Program-made: the position numbers and the translations under genes | Assembly: GCA_963845185.1 (NCBI GenBank) | Contig: CAWJRG010000005.1 | Location: forward strand, 96,001-160,000 | Direction of reading: 5' to 3' | Source: an uncultured bacterium | Lineage (GTDB): Bacteria > Oederibacteriota > PGYV01 > CAWJRG01 | Length of the DNA stretch: 64,000 bases | Shown here: positions 48,345 through 59,812 of the stretch, one piece after another | Layout: each line of letters starts with the position of its first letter | How positions within the stretch are numbered: the stretch's first letter is position 1 | The notes under the pieces: model-generated | The model's input: the letters and a program-made list of their open reading frames with translations, nothing else | Databases searched by the model: none | What the model was told of the DNA's origin: nothing

Positions 48345-48986
48345 TTACCAGTTTATGTTGTCAAATAAAATTGTTACTCCTGAAATATCTGGCGAACCAG
48401 CTCCTTCTCCTACCTGGATACCTATCTGTTTGATTGCGGTAATATTTGCACTTCCTCCGCAACCACCTGTTGTAACAGCCATGCTATATTGCTGCCACCC
48501 AGCTGCTGTTATATTGTTCCAGCAGTAATTACCTGCGTACGTAGTGTCTTGAACAAAAATTTGAACTCCATAAGGATTCGTTGTGTTTACCAGTGATGCC
48601 GGACAATTTATCCACACCGATATGGTTTTTCCTGTAAAATCCGTTCCTGCAGTAAGAACATCCTGGATCAGGCCGTTCGCGTTTCCAGCGGCAGCAAAAG
48701 TACCGGTAACCTGCAAGCAACCAGTGCCTCCAGAAGCATCCACAGATGTGTTATTCCAAACTTCACCGGAAAAACCACCTGTAGCAGGCCACGAAGTTAA
48801 GTCAGCTGCTGTCGTGAAACAAAACAGCGAATTACACACAATTGTCGTTGCTGTAGCTGTTGGAGCCACTACAACTGCCGTGTTTGTCGCTGACGGTCCC
48901 GTAGCGCTCTTTTTCTTGCTGCATGCCACCGATAATAAAGATAGAGCTAAAATAATACAAAGTATTGAAATTAAAGTTTTTTTCAT
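48345..48986 (-). CDS. Lipoprotein with Thr-rich linker and CBM-like beta-sandwich (related to the adjacent gene)
   Basis: ATG 48986 after AGGAGG; SVAC lipobox; DFTGKTISVWINCPASL; LFDNINW. Confidence 0.65.
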   Translation of the reverse strand: MKKTLISILCIILALSLLSVACSKKKSATGPSATNTAVVVAPTATATTIVCNSLFCFTTAADLTSWPATGGFSGEVWNNTSVDASGGTGCLQVTGTFAAAGNANGLIQDVLTAGTDFTGKTISVWINCPASLVNTTNPYGVQIFVQDTTYAGNYCWNNITAAGWQQYSMAVTTGGCGGSANITAIKQIGIQVGEGAGSPDISGVTILFDNINW

Positions 48987-49068
48987 TGTTTCACCTCCTT
49001 CCCGTATTGGATTTTTAAATTTCAAATTTGAAAAAGCTTATAGTTGTTTTTAATTTTAAAGCATTACA

Positions 49069-49097
49069 ATAATATCAGTGAAACCGTATTTAGTCAA
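49069..49097 (-). promoter_or_regulatory. sigma70-type promoter (near-duplicate of 48173-48201)
   Basis: TTGACT-AAATACGGTTTCACTGA-TATTAT. Confidence 0.6.
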
Positions 49098-49202
49098 GAC
49101 AAAAAATTTATACACAGGGGGAAGTTAAACCCCATCTGGTTTGGGTAGAAAAGGCTTTGAAGTATCATTATGACTTCTACCCGTTAATGGGAAGAATTTT
49201 AA

Positions 49203-49238
49203 ATTCCCCTTTAATAAAAGGGGATGATAGGAGGTTTT
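49203..49238. repeat. Inverted copy of the 46019-46054 repeat
   Basis: 32/36 identical by manual alignment. Confidence 0.7.
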
Positions 49239-49255
49239 TATGGTAGCTAATAGAG

Positions 49256-50549
49256 CTACAGATAATACACTGGCGCAAATAAAATTGTTGTTTTACCCCG
49301 TTTTTCAATGCCCCAATAATTTTTCGTTAAGATAACCCCTCTTTCTGGGTTGAATGCCTCTATATAATTACCAAAACTTCTTGTTATATCATGGTGCGAA
49401 AATGGAGAAAACTTGACTTCCACCGGTACTTCTTTGCCTTTGATTTTAATAAGAAAATCAACCTCAGAACCGGCTTTTGTCCTCCAAAAATTTACAGGGT
49501 TTAATCCTCCCGAAAGTTCTTTAAGCCTTATTAAAACCGTATTTTCCGCCAGTGCCCCGGCATCGGTTCTCTTGTCCGGCAGCCGCATATCTTCTATTAA
49601 CGAATTCCTGAAGCCGTTATCAGTGAAATATATTTTGGGATTCTTGGAAAGTTCCTTCATTTTATTGACAAAAAACGGTTTTACCTCCTGGATAACGAAG
49701 GTTTCTTCGAGTATATTGAGATTTTTCTTGAGATTGCGGTAATTCAACCCTGACAAAGCCGCAATATTATTGTAGTTGATGATACCGCTCGACTGGGCTG
49801 CCAGGCGCACGGCAAGCGACAAAATTTCGTCCTCTGTAACCATTTCCAGGAAGCCTTTTATGTCTTTTAAGATATAATTTGTTTGGATGTCGGCCAGTAT
49901 TTTTTCTCTGGCCCGGGCCGGCCAGCGTGACAGCCGGGTACCCTCCCCATACCGCATAATCATTAAAATGTTTTATCATATCGTCAAAATAAGCGTCATT
50001 GCCGCCGGCAAATCCCGTTGCTTTACCGTCAAAAATAAAGCCGCGTATATCCCCTGATTTTTTTGAATATATTTTTTCCATTCGAATGTCTTTAGCCCTC
50101 AGGTATTCTCCAAAACTAAAAGGATAAAGATAGAATGTAAGTATCCTGCCGACCATGTACTTCCCTATCTGTGCCCTTATATCAAGCGATGACGACCCCG
50201 TGATAAATATTTTTACGTTTTGAACTGTATCGTAAACAAGTTTTAATTTTTGTCCGCCGTCTTTTGCGTATTGGAATTCGTCTATAAGGAAATAAGTCCT
50301 GCTGTTATCCCCGAGCATAAAAGATGAGATAAAACCAGCCGGGTCAAAAGTAAATTGTTTTAATAATTTCCTGTCTTCAAAAGTTATGTTTACAATATTT
50401 TTCCTGTTTATTCCCTGTCCGGAAATAAGATACTCGGTCAGGAGCTTAAAAAGCACGGTCTTCCCTGCCTGTCTCGGTCCTACAACGGCAATATATTCAT
50501 TCCTGTCCAAAAAACCTTTTATTTGTTCCAAAATATCTCTTTTTATCAT
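49256..50549 (-). pseudogene. AAA_14 + DUF4143 ATPase split by a +1 frameshift near 49900-49905
   Basis: GPRQAGKT, IDEFQ, ITGSS, GGYP in one frame; KIYFTDNG, GALAEN, EVDF, PVEVK in the next. Removing one A from the A6 run gives QRKILADI. Confidence 0.8.
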
Positions 50550-50715
50550 GTAATTTTAACCTCACTATTATTGCAAATGCTGCAATAATAGTGATACCAA
50601 AAATGCATCAAATTGTCAAGAAAAAATCATTAACATGATGGATATATTAGGACCATAGATAGGATTCCAAACTCCTCTGCCTCCCGGATTGTAATTTGTT
50701 ATTTAATATTTTATC

Positions 50716-50744
50716 GTAGAGACGACCCGCCGGGTCGTCTCTAC
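50716..50744. repeat. GTAG-type REP-like palindrome
   Basis: GTAGAGACGACCCG-C-CGGGTCGTCTCTAC perfect stem. Confidence 0.8.
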
Positions 50745-50757
50745 ATTCAGCATTGAT

Positions 50758-52491
50758 TTATTTTCTTATTTTTATTGCTTTTTGGGGGCACAGCACAACG
50801 CACATTGCGCAGCCAGTACACAGGCCCGCGTTTATAGTATGAGCTCCCTTTTCCTTTTCAATTGCCGGACATCCAAGCTCCATGCACTTTCCGCATTCAT
50901 CACATATTTGCCTGTCAATGTAGAAAACCTGCTGTTTTCTTTTGTCTATCAGCACGCACTCCCGCCGCGCGATTATCACTTTTGGCCCTGTTTTTCCTAT
51001 AAAATCCTTTATTACGTTCTCGGTTAACTTTAAATTATATGGGTCTATCACTGCCACTTGTTTCACGCCGAGCGCAATCACGAGCTTTTCCATGTCAATA
51101 TTGGTTGTTTCAACGCCTTGTAACGTCGGCCCCGCGCCCGGATGCGGCTGTGTGCCTGTCATTGCAGTTGTCCTGTTATCCAGTATTATGACCAGCGTGT
51201 TTCCTTTATTGTAAACAAGATTCACTATGCCTGTTATGCCGGAATGGATGAAAGTTGAGTCCCCTATGACTGCCGCAACCTTATCATAAGGCTCGCCTGC
51301 TTTTTCAATGCCAAAAGCATGGTTTATGGCCGCGCCCATGTCAATGCATGTATTCATGGCTGATAAAGGCGGCAACGCACCCAAAGTGTAGCACCCTATG
51401 TCTCCGGTTACAATTACGCCCAGTTTTGACAGCGCGTAAAAAACTCCCCTATGCGGGCAGCCCGGGCACAATACCGGCGGCCTGGAAGGGATGTTTGTCT
51501 CTTCAATATCCTTGATTTTGTGCTTTGGCTTAAAAGCCTCGCTGACTATATCAGGGTTGAGCTCGCCAAACACCGGGATAATATCCTTGCCCCGTACTTT
51601 AATTCCTGCGGCTTTTAACTGATCCTCTATAAAAGGCTCGAGTTCCTCCACCACATATAATTTTTTTACTTTTTTGGCGAATTTTTTTATCCTGCCAATA
51701 GCCAGCGGGTTTAAAAGGCCGAGTTTGAATATTGATTTATCCGGAAATATCTCCTTTACATACTGGTATGCTATTCCTGAAGTTATGATTCCCATGTCCT
51801 TTGACCCTGGTTCTATTGTGTTAAGCGCGGCCTTTTCCGCGAATCCGGCAAGCAAAGCCTGTTTTTTTAAAAGCTCCTGCCTCCTTTTCCTCGCGTTCAT
51901 GGGCATCATTACGTATTTTTCCCACGGTATGTCCAGCGGCTTTTTTATTTTGGCAGGCGTACATTCGCTTTCAACCTCAACCACGCTTTTTGAATGCGCA
52001 GTCCTTGTTGTAATCCCGAAAAGCACAGGCAGGCCGAATTTCTCGCTGATGTCAAATGCCTGGATAATGAAATCCTTTGCTTCCTGCGAAGAGGCAGGCT
52101 CTATCATCGGCACGCCGGCGAACCTGCCCAGCACCCTGTTGTCCTGCTCGTTCTGCGAGCTGTGCATGTCCGGGTCGTCTGCAGACACCACGACAAGGCC
52201 CGCGTTAATACCTGTGTATGCCAGCGTCATAAAAGCGTCAAGCGCCACGTTAAGGCCCACGTGCTTCATTGTGACAAGCGCCCTGGCTCCCGCGAGCGAA
52301 ACGCCTGTCGCGGCCTCGAGCGCAACCTTCTCATTGGTGGACCATTCAGCGTAAACACCGGGGTATTTTACGAAATTCTCGAGTATCTCTGTGGACGGCG
52401 TGCCCGGATAACCCATGCCGCAGGAAACTCCTGCCTCGTATGCGCCCCTGGCTATAGCCTCATTGCCTGACATTAAAAGCCTTTCTTTCAC
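50758..52491 (-). CDS. iorA: Indolepyruvate:ferredoxin oxidoreductase alpha subunit
   Basis: GNEAIARGA, GYPGTPSTEI, HSSQNEQD, RPPVLCPGCPHR, GDIGCYTLG, C-terminal ferredoxin Cys motifs. Confidence 0.95.
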   Translation of the reverse strand: MKERLLMSGNEAIARGAYEAGVSCGMGYPGTPSTEILENFVKYPGVYAEWSTNEKVALEAATGVSLAGARALVTMKHVGLNVALDAFMTLAYTGINAGLVVVSADDPDMHSSQNEQDNRVLGRFAGVPMIEPASSQEAKDFIIQAFDISEKFGLPVLFGITTRTAHSKSVVEVESECTPAKIKKPLDIPWEKYVMMPMNARKRRQELLKKQALLAGFAEKAALNTIEPGSKDMGIITSGIAYQYVKEIFPDKSIFKLGLLNPLAIGRIKKFAKKVKKLYVVEELEPFIEDQLKAAGIKVRGKDIIPVFGELNPDIVSEAFKPKHKIKDIEETNIPSRPPVLCPGCPHRGVFYALSKLGVIVTGDIGCYTLGALPPLSAMNTCIDMGAAINHAFGIEKAGEPYDKVAAVIGDSTFIHSGITGIVNLVYNKGNTLVIILDNRTTAMTGTQPHPGAGPTLQGVETTNIDMEKLVIALGVKQVAVIDPYNLKLTENVIKDFIGKTGPKVIIARRECVLIDKRKQQVFYIDRQICDECGKCMELGCPAIEKEKGAHTINAGLCTGCAMCVVLCPQKAIKIRK

Positions 52492-52541
52492 GCAAACACC
52501 TCAAAGCAAATCCATTTTGCATTTGCTAAATAGAAAATAAA

Positions 52542-52569
52542 GTAGAAACACGCCATGGCGTGTCTCTAC
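52542..52569. repeat. GTAG-type REP-like palindrome
   Basis: GTAGAAACACGCCATGGCGTGTCTCTAC. Confidence 0.75.
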
Positions 52570-52597
52570 AATTAAATTTGTATACGACAATTTTAAT

Positions 52598-53029
52598 TTA
52601 TATCTTATATACTTCCTCTGCCTTTAAAATCTTCACGTTTTTTTTCGTCAATACCTTTATTGCCTCGTCCGTGTTCTCGACCCTGAACACAAGCACGGCA
52701 TTTTCATTGTTCTTTTCCACAAAAGCGTACATATACTCTATGTTTATGCCTGAATCCTTGAACGTATTCAACACCTTGTTCAGGCCGCCCGGCTTGTCCT
52801 CGACCTCGACCGCTATTATGTCGGTTGTCTTTACGACCATAGAAGCTTTTTTCAGGGCCTTTATCGCCTTTTCCGGCTCGTCCACTATGATGCGCAATAC
52901 CCCGAACTCGGCCGTGTCGGCAAGCGACAGTGCCCTTATGTTGATTTTTTCCTTTGCCAGCACTTCTATTGCGTCTGCCAGCCTGCCTTTTTTGTTTTCA
53001 AGAAACACCGAAAGCTGCGCTACTTTCAT
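52598..53029 (-). CDS. ACT-domain (amino-acid-binding) protein
   Basis: QLSVFLENKKGRL; DKPGGL; INIEYMYAF. Confidence 0.9.
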   Translation of the reverse strand: MKVAQLSVFLENKKGRLADAIEVLAKEKINIRALSLADTAEFGVLRIIVDEPEKAIKALKKASMVVKTTDIIAVEVEDKPGGLNKVLNTFKDSGINIEYMYAFVEKNNENAVLVFRVENTDEAIKVLTKKNVKILKAEEVYKI

Positions 53030-53100
53030 GCCAATCACCTCTTATAATGTTTAGTTTTCGCCTTTCAATTTAAAATCTGAAATCTGAATTTTGAAATTAA

Positions 53101-54402
53101 TTATATTACCCTTTTGTCTATTACCCTCTTTGCCTTTCCTTCACTTCTTGCTATTGTCTTCGGCTCCACGAGCGTCACCTTTACGTTTATGCCGAGCACG
53201 CTGTAGATTTCATGCGCTATTTTCTTTTCGAGCTGTTCCAGCGCCTTGATTTCGTCTGAAAATATTTCCTCGTTCACCTCGACCTGCACTTCCAGCTCGT
53301 CGAGCCCGTGCTCCGGCCTTGTCACGATTATCTGGTAATGCGGCTCGACCTGCTCTATTTTCATGATAACCATTTCGATTTCCGACGGGAAAACGTTTAC
53401 TCCTCTTATTATGAGCATGTCGTCTGTCCTGCCGCTTAACCGCTCTATCTTCTTAAATACCCTGCCGCATTCGCAGGCTACCGGGATTATCCGTGTTATG
53501 TCCTTTGTCCTGTACCTTAAAAGCGGTATTGCCTCTTTTGTGACGGTCGTTATTACAAGCTCTCCTTTTTGCCCGTCAGGCAGCGCCTTTCCCGTCTTCG
53601 GGTCAATGATCTCCGGAATGAAGTGGTCCTCGAACACGTGAAGCCCGTGCTTTTGCATGCACTCTGCCGCCACTCCCGGCCCTATTATTTCGCTCATGCC
53701 GTATATGTCCAGGGCGTCTATGCCCCATGCTTTTTCAATTTCGTTCCTCATGGTTTCTGACCACGGCTCTGCCCCGAAAATTCCGGCCTTTAATTTTATA
53801 AGCTTGCGGTCGGCCTTTTCTTCCATTAATGTTTCCGCCAGGCTCAGAGCATACGACGGCGTGCACGCCAGTATGGTCGCGCCGAAATCCTGCATTATTT
53901 TTATCTGCCTTTTTGAGTTGCCTCCCGAGACAGGTATTACCGTGGCTCCGATTTTCTCAGTGCCGTAATGTATGCCGAGGCCTCCTGTAAAAAGCCCGTA
54001 GCCATAGGCGTTGTGCACTATGTCCTCTGCCGTGCCTCCCGCCATTGATATTGTCCGTGCCATTACCTCGGACCATATGTCCAGGTCGTGCCTCGTGTAG
54101 CCCACGACTGTCATTTTGCCAGTGGTCCCTGAAGACGCGTGGATACGTATCACGTCTTTCATCGGCACGGCAAAAAGCCCGTACGGGTAGTTGTCGCGCA
54201 AATCGTCTTTAGCCGTGAACGGCAGTTTGGCAAGGTCTTCAATGCCTTTTATGTCCGCGGGCTTTACTCCTGCCGCGTCAAGCTTCATTTTGTAAAAAGG
54301 CACCCTTTCATAAACATATTTAACTATGTTTTTCAGCCTTTCGTTCTGGAGTTTTGTCAGTTCTTCCCTGCTAATTCCTTCTTCCCTGGAGTAAAACGTC
54401 AT
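53101..54402 (-). CDS. paaK: Phenylacetate-CoA ligase
   Basis: [50 protein letters not shown]. Confidence 0.93.
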   Translation of the reverse strand: MTFYSREEGISREELTKLQNERLKNIVKYVYERVPFYKMKLDAAGVKPADIKGIEDLAKLPFTAKDDLRDNYPYGLFAVPMKDVIRIHASSGTTGKMTVVGYTRHDLDIWSEVMARTISMAGGTAEDIVHNAYGYGLFTGGLGIHYGTEKIGATVIPVSGGNSKRQIKIMQDFGATILACTPSYALSLAETLMEEKADRKLIKLKAGIFGAEPWSETMRNEIEKAWGIDALDIYGMSEIIGPGVAAECMQKHGLHVFEDHFIPEIIDPKTGKALPDGQKGELVITTVTKEAIPLLRYRTKDITRIIPVACECGRVFKKIERLSGRTDDMLIIRGVNVFPSEIEMVIMKIEQVEPHYQIIVTRPEHGLDELEVQVEVNEEIFSDEIKALEQLEKKIAHEIYSVLGINVKVTLVEPKTIARSEGKAKRVIDKRVI

Positions 54403-54970
54403 TTTTCACCAGCTCCTTTCCTTTGTTAAAAGCCTGCAAGTTTTTTTCAGTATTTCTGTTTACATGCCTGCCGAAAGCCTCTCCGAACTCAATGCCGGAA
54501 AAGCCCGTAAAATAAGATAAAGCGCCTATCATGATGCTGTTTAAAACCCTCGGGTCGCCTGTTTTAGCGGCCTCCTCCACGCCGTTGATGTAATAAACCC
54601 TGTTTTGCTTTAATTCTTTTTTGACATCCGGGTATACCTGACCTGTATAATGCATGGATACAGGGGTTATTTTTTGCGTGTTGACTATGAGGGTTGTTTC
54701 CTTGCTCGTATATCCGCGCCAGCGCAGGGCTTCCATCTGCTCCATGGCAACTATCAAACCGACTGAATCTTTCGGCGGCAGCGGCGAATATACTTTTTCG
54801 CCCGCCCTGATAAAGCTGTGCACCACCCCGCCGCGCTGCGACATGCCGTGAATTTCGGATTTTTTCACGTCAAGCCCCCGGCTTAAAAAAATTTCGGCTA
54901 TGATATCCGAGGCGCTTACTATTCCCTGCCCTCCGACGCCTGCAAGGAGGATATTAATGCTATTTTTCAT
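54371..54970 (-). CDS. iorB: Indolepyruvate:ferredoxin oxidoreductase beta subunit
   Basis: [24 protein letters not shown]. Confidence 0.93.
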   Translation of the reverse strand: MKNSINILLAGVGGQGIVSASDIIAEIFLSRGLDVKKSEIHGMSQRGGVVHSFIRAGEKVYSPLPPKDSVGLIVAMEQMEALRWRGYTSKETTLIVNTQKITPVSMHYTGQVYPDVKKELKQNRVYYINGVEEAAKTGDPRVLNSIMIGALSYFTGFSGIEFGEAFGRHVNRNTEKNLQAFNKGKELVKNDVLLQGRRN

Positions 54971-55095
54971 TTAGTCTCCGTTATTGCAATTTGGGCTTTA
55001 TATAATGATTTTCTGGTGGAAGATGGTATGTGGTATGTGGTGCGTAATACGTGAATACAACATCTTTTTGCACTTACCACATATCATTGAATTTA

Positions 55096-56001
55096 TTATT
55101 TAAACTTAAAACTCATCTGGATTTTTAATGTGTTGTCAAGCTGTTCAAACAGGTACGCCACGTCGAAATCCGTCGAAAATTCCTTGTTCCTGCCGAACTG
55201 AAAATGCCCTATCCCTATGCCGGTCATGTATTGCTTGGTTGACGCCACGTCAAGGGTCTGCGTGTACCCAACCCGCAAATCAATATATGTAAAAATATTT
55301 TTCTCCACCCCGATGTGCAGCATGTCAAGGTCGGTAATGTCAGATGATATAAGGAAAAACGGTATCCTGTAAGAAACTCCAAAGTCTGATGTCAGGGGCA
55401 CGCCCTCCTCGTAATCAGTGAACTGCGTATTCCATCTTACGTCTGAAAACGCGTTCTTTATCATGGCTCCCACCTGCACCTGCTCGTTTACGTGCCATAA
55501 CAATCCAAGGTCAAATCCTGCCCCGAAAGCGTTGCCCTGCATCCTGTCCGGCCCGCCTGTGGTGTCGCTTCCGAAACCTGCGGCCTGCAGTTTCAAATTC
55601 ACGCCTATATACATGTTCTTGACTACCCTTAGCAGCCAGTCGAGTTTTTCATCGTATGACAGGATAAAAGTTTTTTCATCTTCAAGGGCATCCCCCGACA
55701 CTATAAGGCCAAACCCCGCGGCCCTCTGGCCTTCAAAATTATATATGCCCGCTATGTAGTTATACGGCACAAGGCTCTTTACGTTGCCGTACATGAAGGC
55801 AACGTCGTTGTATTTTGAGGTTGCCATTCCGGCCGGGTTGTAAAATACGGAGTTCGCGTCATCGGCCACGGCAACAAACGCGTCGCCCAAAGCCGACGGC
55901 CTGGCTCCGCCGCCTATGTCCACAAAAGCAGACGGTTGCAGCCCAAATACACTGCCACATAACGCAAGGATTATTATCGTTAATACTGTTATTCTTTTCA
56001 T
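55096..56001 (-). CDS. PorV/PorQ-like outer-membrane beta-barrel protein
   Basis: Signal peptide; GARPSALGDAFVAVADDANSVFYNPAG motif; amphipathic strands; aromatic-ended C-terminus. Confidence 0.75.
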   Translation of the reverse strand: MKRITVLTIIILALCGSVFGLQPSAFVDIGGGARPSALGDAFVAVADDANSVFYNPAGMATSKYNDVAFMYGNVKSLVPYNYIAGIYNFEGQRAAGFGLIVSGDALEDEKTFILSYDEKLDWLLRVVKNMYIGVNLKLQAAGFGSDTTGGPDRMQGNAFGAGFDLGLLWHVNEQVQVGAMIKNAFSDVRWNTQFTDYEEGVPLTSDFGVSYRIPFFLISSDITDLDMLHIGVEKNIFTYIDLRVGYTQTLDVASTKQYMTGIGIGHFQFGRNKEFSTDFDVAYLFEQLDNTLKIQMSFKFK

Positions 56002-56063
56002 TGCAAACCTCCGTTTATATAATTTAAAATCTTAATTGAAAATTGACAATTTTTAATTAATAA

Positions 56064-59000
56064 TTATTTAATAAGCACTATTGAATAAAGAGCCTGTTTA
56101 GTCCCTGAAGCGTCTTCTATTTGAAGCTGCAGTATATACCTTCCGTTGACGCCGACTTTTCCATCCTTGTCTTTTCCGTCCCAGGTCAGCGTATTTATGA
56201 CGCCCGCCCCACGCTGCTGCCTGTCAACAAGCGTCCTTATAAGCTTGCCGGCCATGTTATATATTTTAATGGTTGTTATTATGCTGCTGCCTTCCTTGGA
56301 TTCAAGCACATAATTTATCGTGAGCCCTCCCCTGTATGGAGAAAACGGGTTTGGAAGCATTGTAACGTTTGCAAAGCCAAGCGGCTGCAGCGGAATAATC
56401 ACGGCGTACTGGCAGAGGCTGCCTATGCCTGATGTGATTTCATTGTTTGAAGTGCTGCTTCCTGTAACAGTCTGCCATTTAAGGTTTACCGTGTCCCAAG
56501 CGCCTATCTGCGCCGAGCTGGTATCATAACCGGAAGGCAAAGGCAGGGTCATTGTCACGGGGTTGGTGAACTTAAACCCGTTTGTCAGGTCATAAATATC
56601 TCCTATAACCATGCCGTTCTTTGTCATGGTCCTCTGGCTCGACGGCACTACTTTATTCAGCGTAATCCTGTCTATTGTGTTTGACGGGTCAGCGCAGCCT
56701 GCCGGAAGCACAAGCGAGAATCCCTGGTAATCACGCACGGTTTTGTCTGCAGCAGGCCACGACGGCGTGAGTTTCTGCCATACCAGCGCGGTCGTGCCGC
56801 TCGATTGCCCGAGCGCTGTAGCTATCACAGTCACCTGTCCGATATAATCAACCGTCGGCAAATAAACCCCTGTAGCATCTATTGTTCCGGCGGCTGACGG
56901 AGTCACGCTCCAGGCAAAAGTTACAGGTACCACGGCTCCGCTTCCGTCAACGTAAGTAGCTGAGAATTTATATGGCCCGGTAAGGTTTTCGTTGTAAATT
57001 ATGTCCGACGCCCCGGACGGCGCAGAGATTGTAATACCCCCGCCCTGCGGCTGTGCCATTGTAAAATTTGCCGTGGCCGCCCCTAAAGGAGTTACATCTG
57101 CATACGCCTGGGCCGGTGAAGACACAAAGTTATTTTTCATCGCTGTAACCACATAATTTCCCTCGTCTGCAGTTAATGAATATGTCCCGCCTGCCGCAGT
57201 TGTCGCGGTATACGCAGGGTAAGTCACGGACTGCGCGTATATGCTTATGGTTACACCGGATAGCGGGTTGCCGCTGCTTGTCACCATGCCTGATATGGTT
57301 CCCTGCTGCGCAGCAGTAACAGCTGTCATTACAAATCCCAGCGAATTAGGCGCGGTTGTTGTGGTATTAATAAGCTGATAACCAAAGGCTGTAAGGTTAA
57401 TATTATAGCCGCCTGCAGGTATTCCAGTTATAGTTACTCCTCCATTTGCGTCTGTTACAGCAGAAGCCGTATATCCAGTGGTTGTTGCGTCATTACCCTC
57501 AATATTAATGTTCGCTCCATGGAGTAAGGTCGAAGCAGTTCCGCTTACCAGGACATATAAAGAGGCACTTGTACTTGTTGTATTTGGGTAAAGTGTAAAA
57601 TTAACATTTGAAATTTGCTGCCCTCCTGCAATGGGGCTGAAAGTTACTCCCTGCGGGCCGCCTGTACCGCCGGTCATATACCCTTGTTTCACTGCATTAA
57701 CGACAAAATACCCCGGGCCTACGCTCAAAGAGTAATTGCCGTAAGCGTCTGTGTACGCGTTTATTGCACTACCCGACACAGACACTGCGCTCACAAGTAC
57801 GCCCTGCATTGCTGTGCTGCTGCTGTCCGTGACCTTTCCTGATATTCTGGTTTGCCGCAAGCTGCATGGTGAAATTTATTGTGCCCTGCGAGCCCCCTGC
57901 CAATGTCACGCTGGAAGACCCTGGCGATACAAAGCCCAGATCTGCTACGCTTGCAATCCATGTCCCGTCAGGCAATTTTAAAGTATAATATCCGTTGATA
58001 TCCGTCCAAACCGAATATGAATTTCCAGGATTCCCGCTTTGATATACCGTTACCTGCGCGCCGTATATGCCGTTGCCGGACGGGTTTGTCACGTTGCCTG
58101 AAAGAATATTCGGATTTTTTACAAGAATCATAGGCGCTGCCAGTGCGCTCAATGTATTGCCGAACGCTATATTTGCCGTTGTCGTGGCTGACGTATAACC
58201 GGAATCTGCCGCCTGTATATTCCACGCCCCTGAGCCGCTTAAATAAAGCACAAAAGACCCGTCGTTTGCCGTGTTTGCATGGAAAGGCGTCCCGCCGCCC
58301 TGCGACGCTGTCACTTGCGCGCCCTGCACAGGCTGGCTGGGCAAAGAATTGTCAAATACATACCCTGTCAGCGTATATGCGCATGGCGTAAGGTAAACAA
58401 TGCCAAGGTCTATAACGTTTCCTGGCACAATGGTTATCAGCCCTGAAAAAGTGTCGGGCTCATAGCCCTGTTTTGAAATAGTGCACTGATAATTGCCCGG
58501 GGGCAAATCGTATGAAATAAATCCTGAATTGTCTGTTATCATTGGGTAAATATCGACATTCCCGCTTCCCGTAAGCGCCTGCAGGCTCACTACTGCCTCA
58601 GGCACGGTAGTTAATGCGTTTGGCAGGGTATTTATGGTTTCAACAGTCAATTCCACGCTGGTCACGGTTATATCGTAATAAAAACCCTGTGCCAGGCTTT
58701 TTGCGCCCCTTCCCTGAGAATCCACTGCAATCACGTACCACGAGTACCACCTGTCGTTAAGCCCAATATCCGAAGGAATGGTTGTATAGCTGACAGATGA
58801 CGGCACTGTGACTTCCCATCTCGGCACCCTGCTTAATCCCCCAACTTCCTGGGAATCTGTCTCATTGCTTGACAAATATACCTGGTATTTGTTGGCGTTC
58901 GGGACTGTATCCCAGCTTAAATTGATGGACGGCTGGGTCGCGGCCGAGACTGTCACCCCGTCCATAGGCGATGTCAGGACAGGCGCGGGGCATGAAGCAG

Positions 59001-59745
59001 TAAGGTTTGCGCCGTTTACCGTGAACTGGGAAGCGCCTGCAAAGGCGCCTGATATAAGCGAAGGCGAGTCTGTATAATTATTTAATATATCCCATGAATA
59101 AGTGACTCCCTGGATTAAAGGTGGCGGCTGCATTTGATTATTTGGATTATAATAGCCTGAAGGGTCTGCAGTCGGGTAATTTATGTCTGTCTGGTTCGTG
59201 GTAACAAGCCAGATAGGGTCAGCAGTAATTGTAACATAGCTGCCGCTGTTGCCCGAAGTTGGGGCCTGTATGGATATAGGCACATCTGAAAGCAAGAGCG
59301 TATAAAACGGCACGCCGTTGCGGGCCTGCCACTGAAAATCCGGCGTCAGCGTGCTTATCTGCGAGCCGGTTGGCGGCTGTGTCATCACTGCCGCGACCGG
59401 GACCTCAACATAAAGCGAAAACTCGGATGAGTAGGCAGTAGTGCTATTTAGTGTTTCAGCAACTATGCAGTAATAAATGCCTCCTGTCATGCCGTATGTC
59501 GATGGCATGAACGAAACTTTGCCTGCTGCCGACTGGGGAATCGTTATGGTCGGGGACGTGAAAAGAGAATAAGATGTCCCGCAAATAAGCTCGCACTGGT
59601 TGGTTGGTTCGCCCTGCCATGTCACGGTTATTGTGTCCGATAATGCCTCGAGCGTCATCGGGAACGAGACAAGCTGCGGCTGCGCGTGGATAACCGCTGT
59701 TGCCGCGAGTATTGAAAAAACTGTTATTAAAAATATCTTTTTCAT
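56064..59745 (-). CDS. Large secreted protein (~1225 aa if joined): Fn3/Ig and carboxypeptidase-regulatory-like repeats, C-terminal FlgD-Ig/CTD-like domain; +1 frameshift at ~57845
   Basis: Two overlapping ORFs (59745-57769 and 57860-56064) join to QLAANQISGKVTD if one A is removed from CAGAATATCA; ends PNPFSP...IYNMAGKLIRTL...WDGKD...NGRYIL. Confidence 0.75.
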
Positions 59746-59772
59746 GTATTCACCTCAGTAAATAATTTTCAG

Positions 59773-59800
59773 GCAGGGACGTTTTGTAAAACATCCTTGC
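59773..59800. repeat. Degenerate REP-like palindrome
   Basis: GCAGGGACGTTTTGTAAAACATCCTTGC. Confidence 0.5.
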
Positions 59801-59812
59801 GATATAATATCA

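Noticed and set aside
49895..49925. Programmed ribosomal frameshift or phase variation in the split genes
   Set aside because: Runs are short (2-6 nt), no canonical slippery heptamer with a stimulator was seen, and all are +1, so error is more parsimonious.
52560..53054. 164-aa plus-strand ORF and similar long antisense ORFs (33122-33994, 44255-44932, 51674-52354)
   Set aside because: Exact antisense shadows of well-supported genes, with no motifs of their own.
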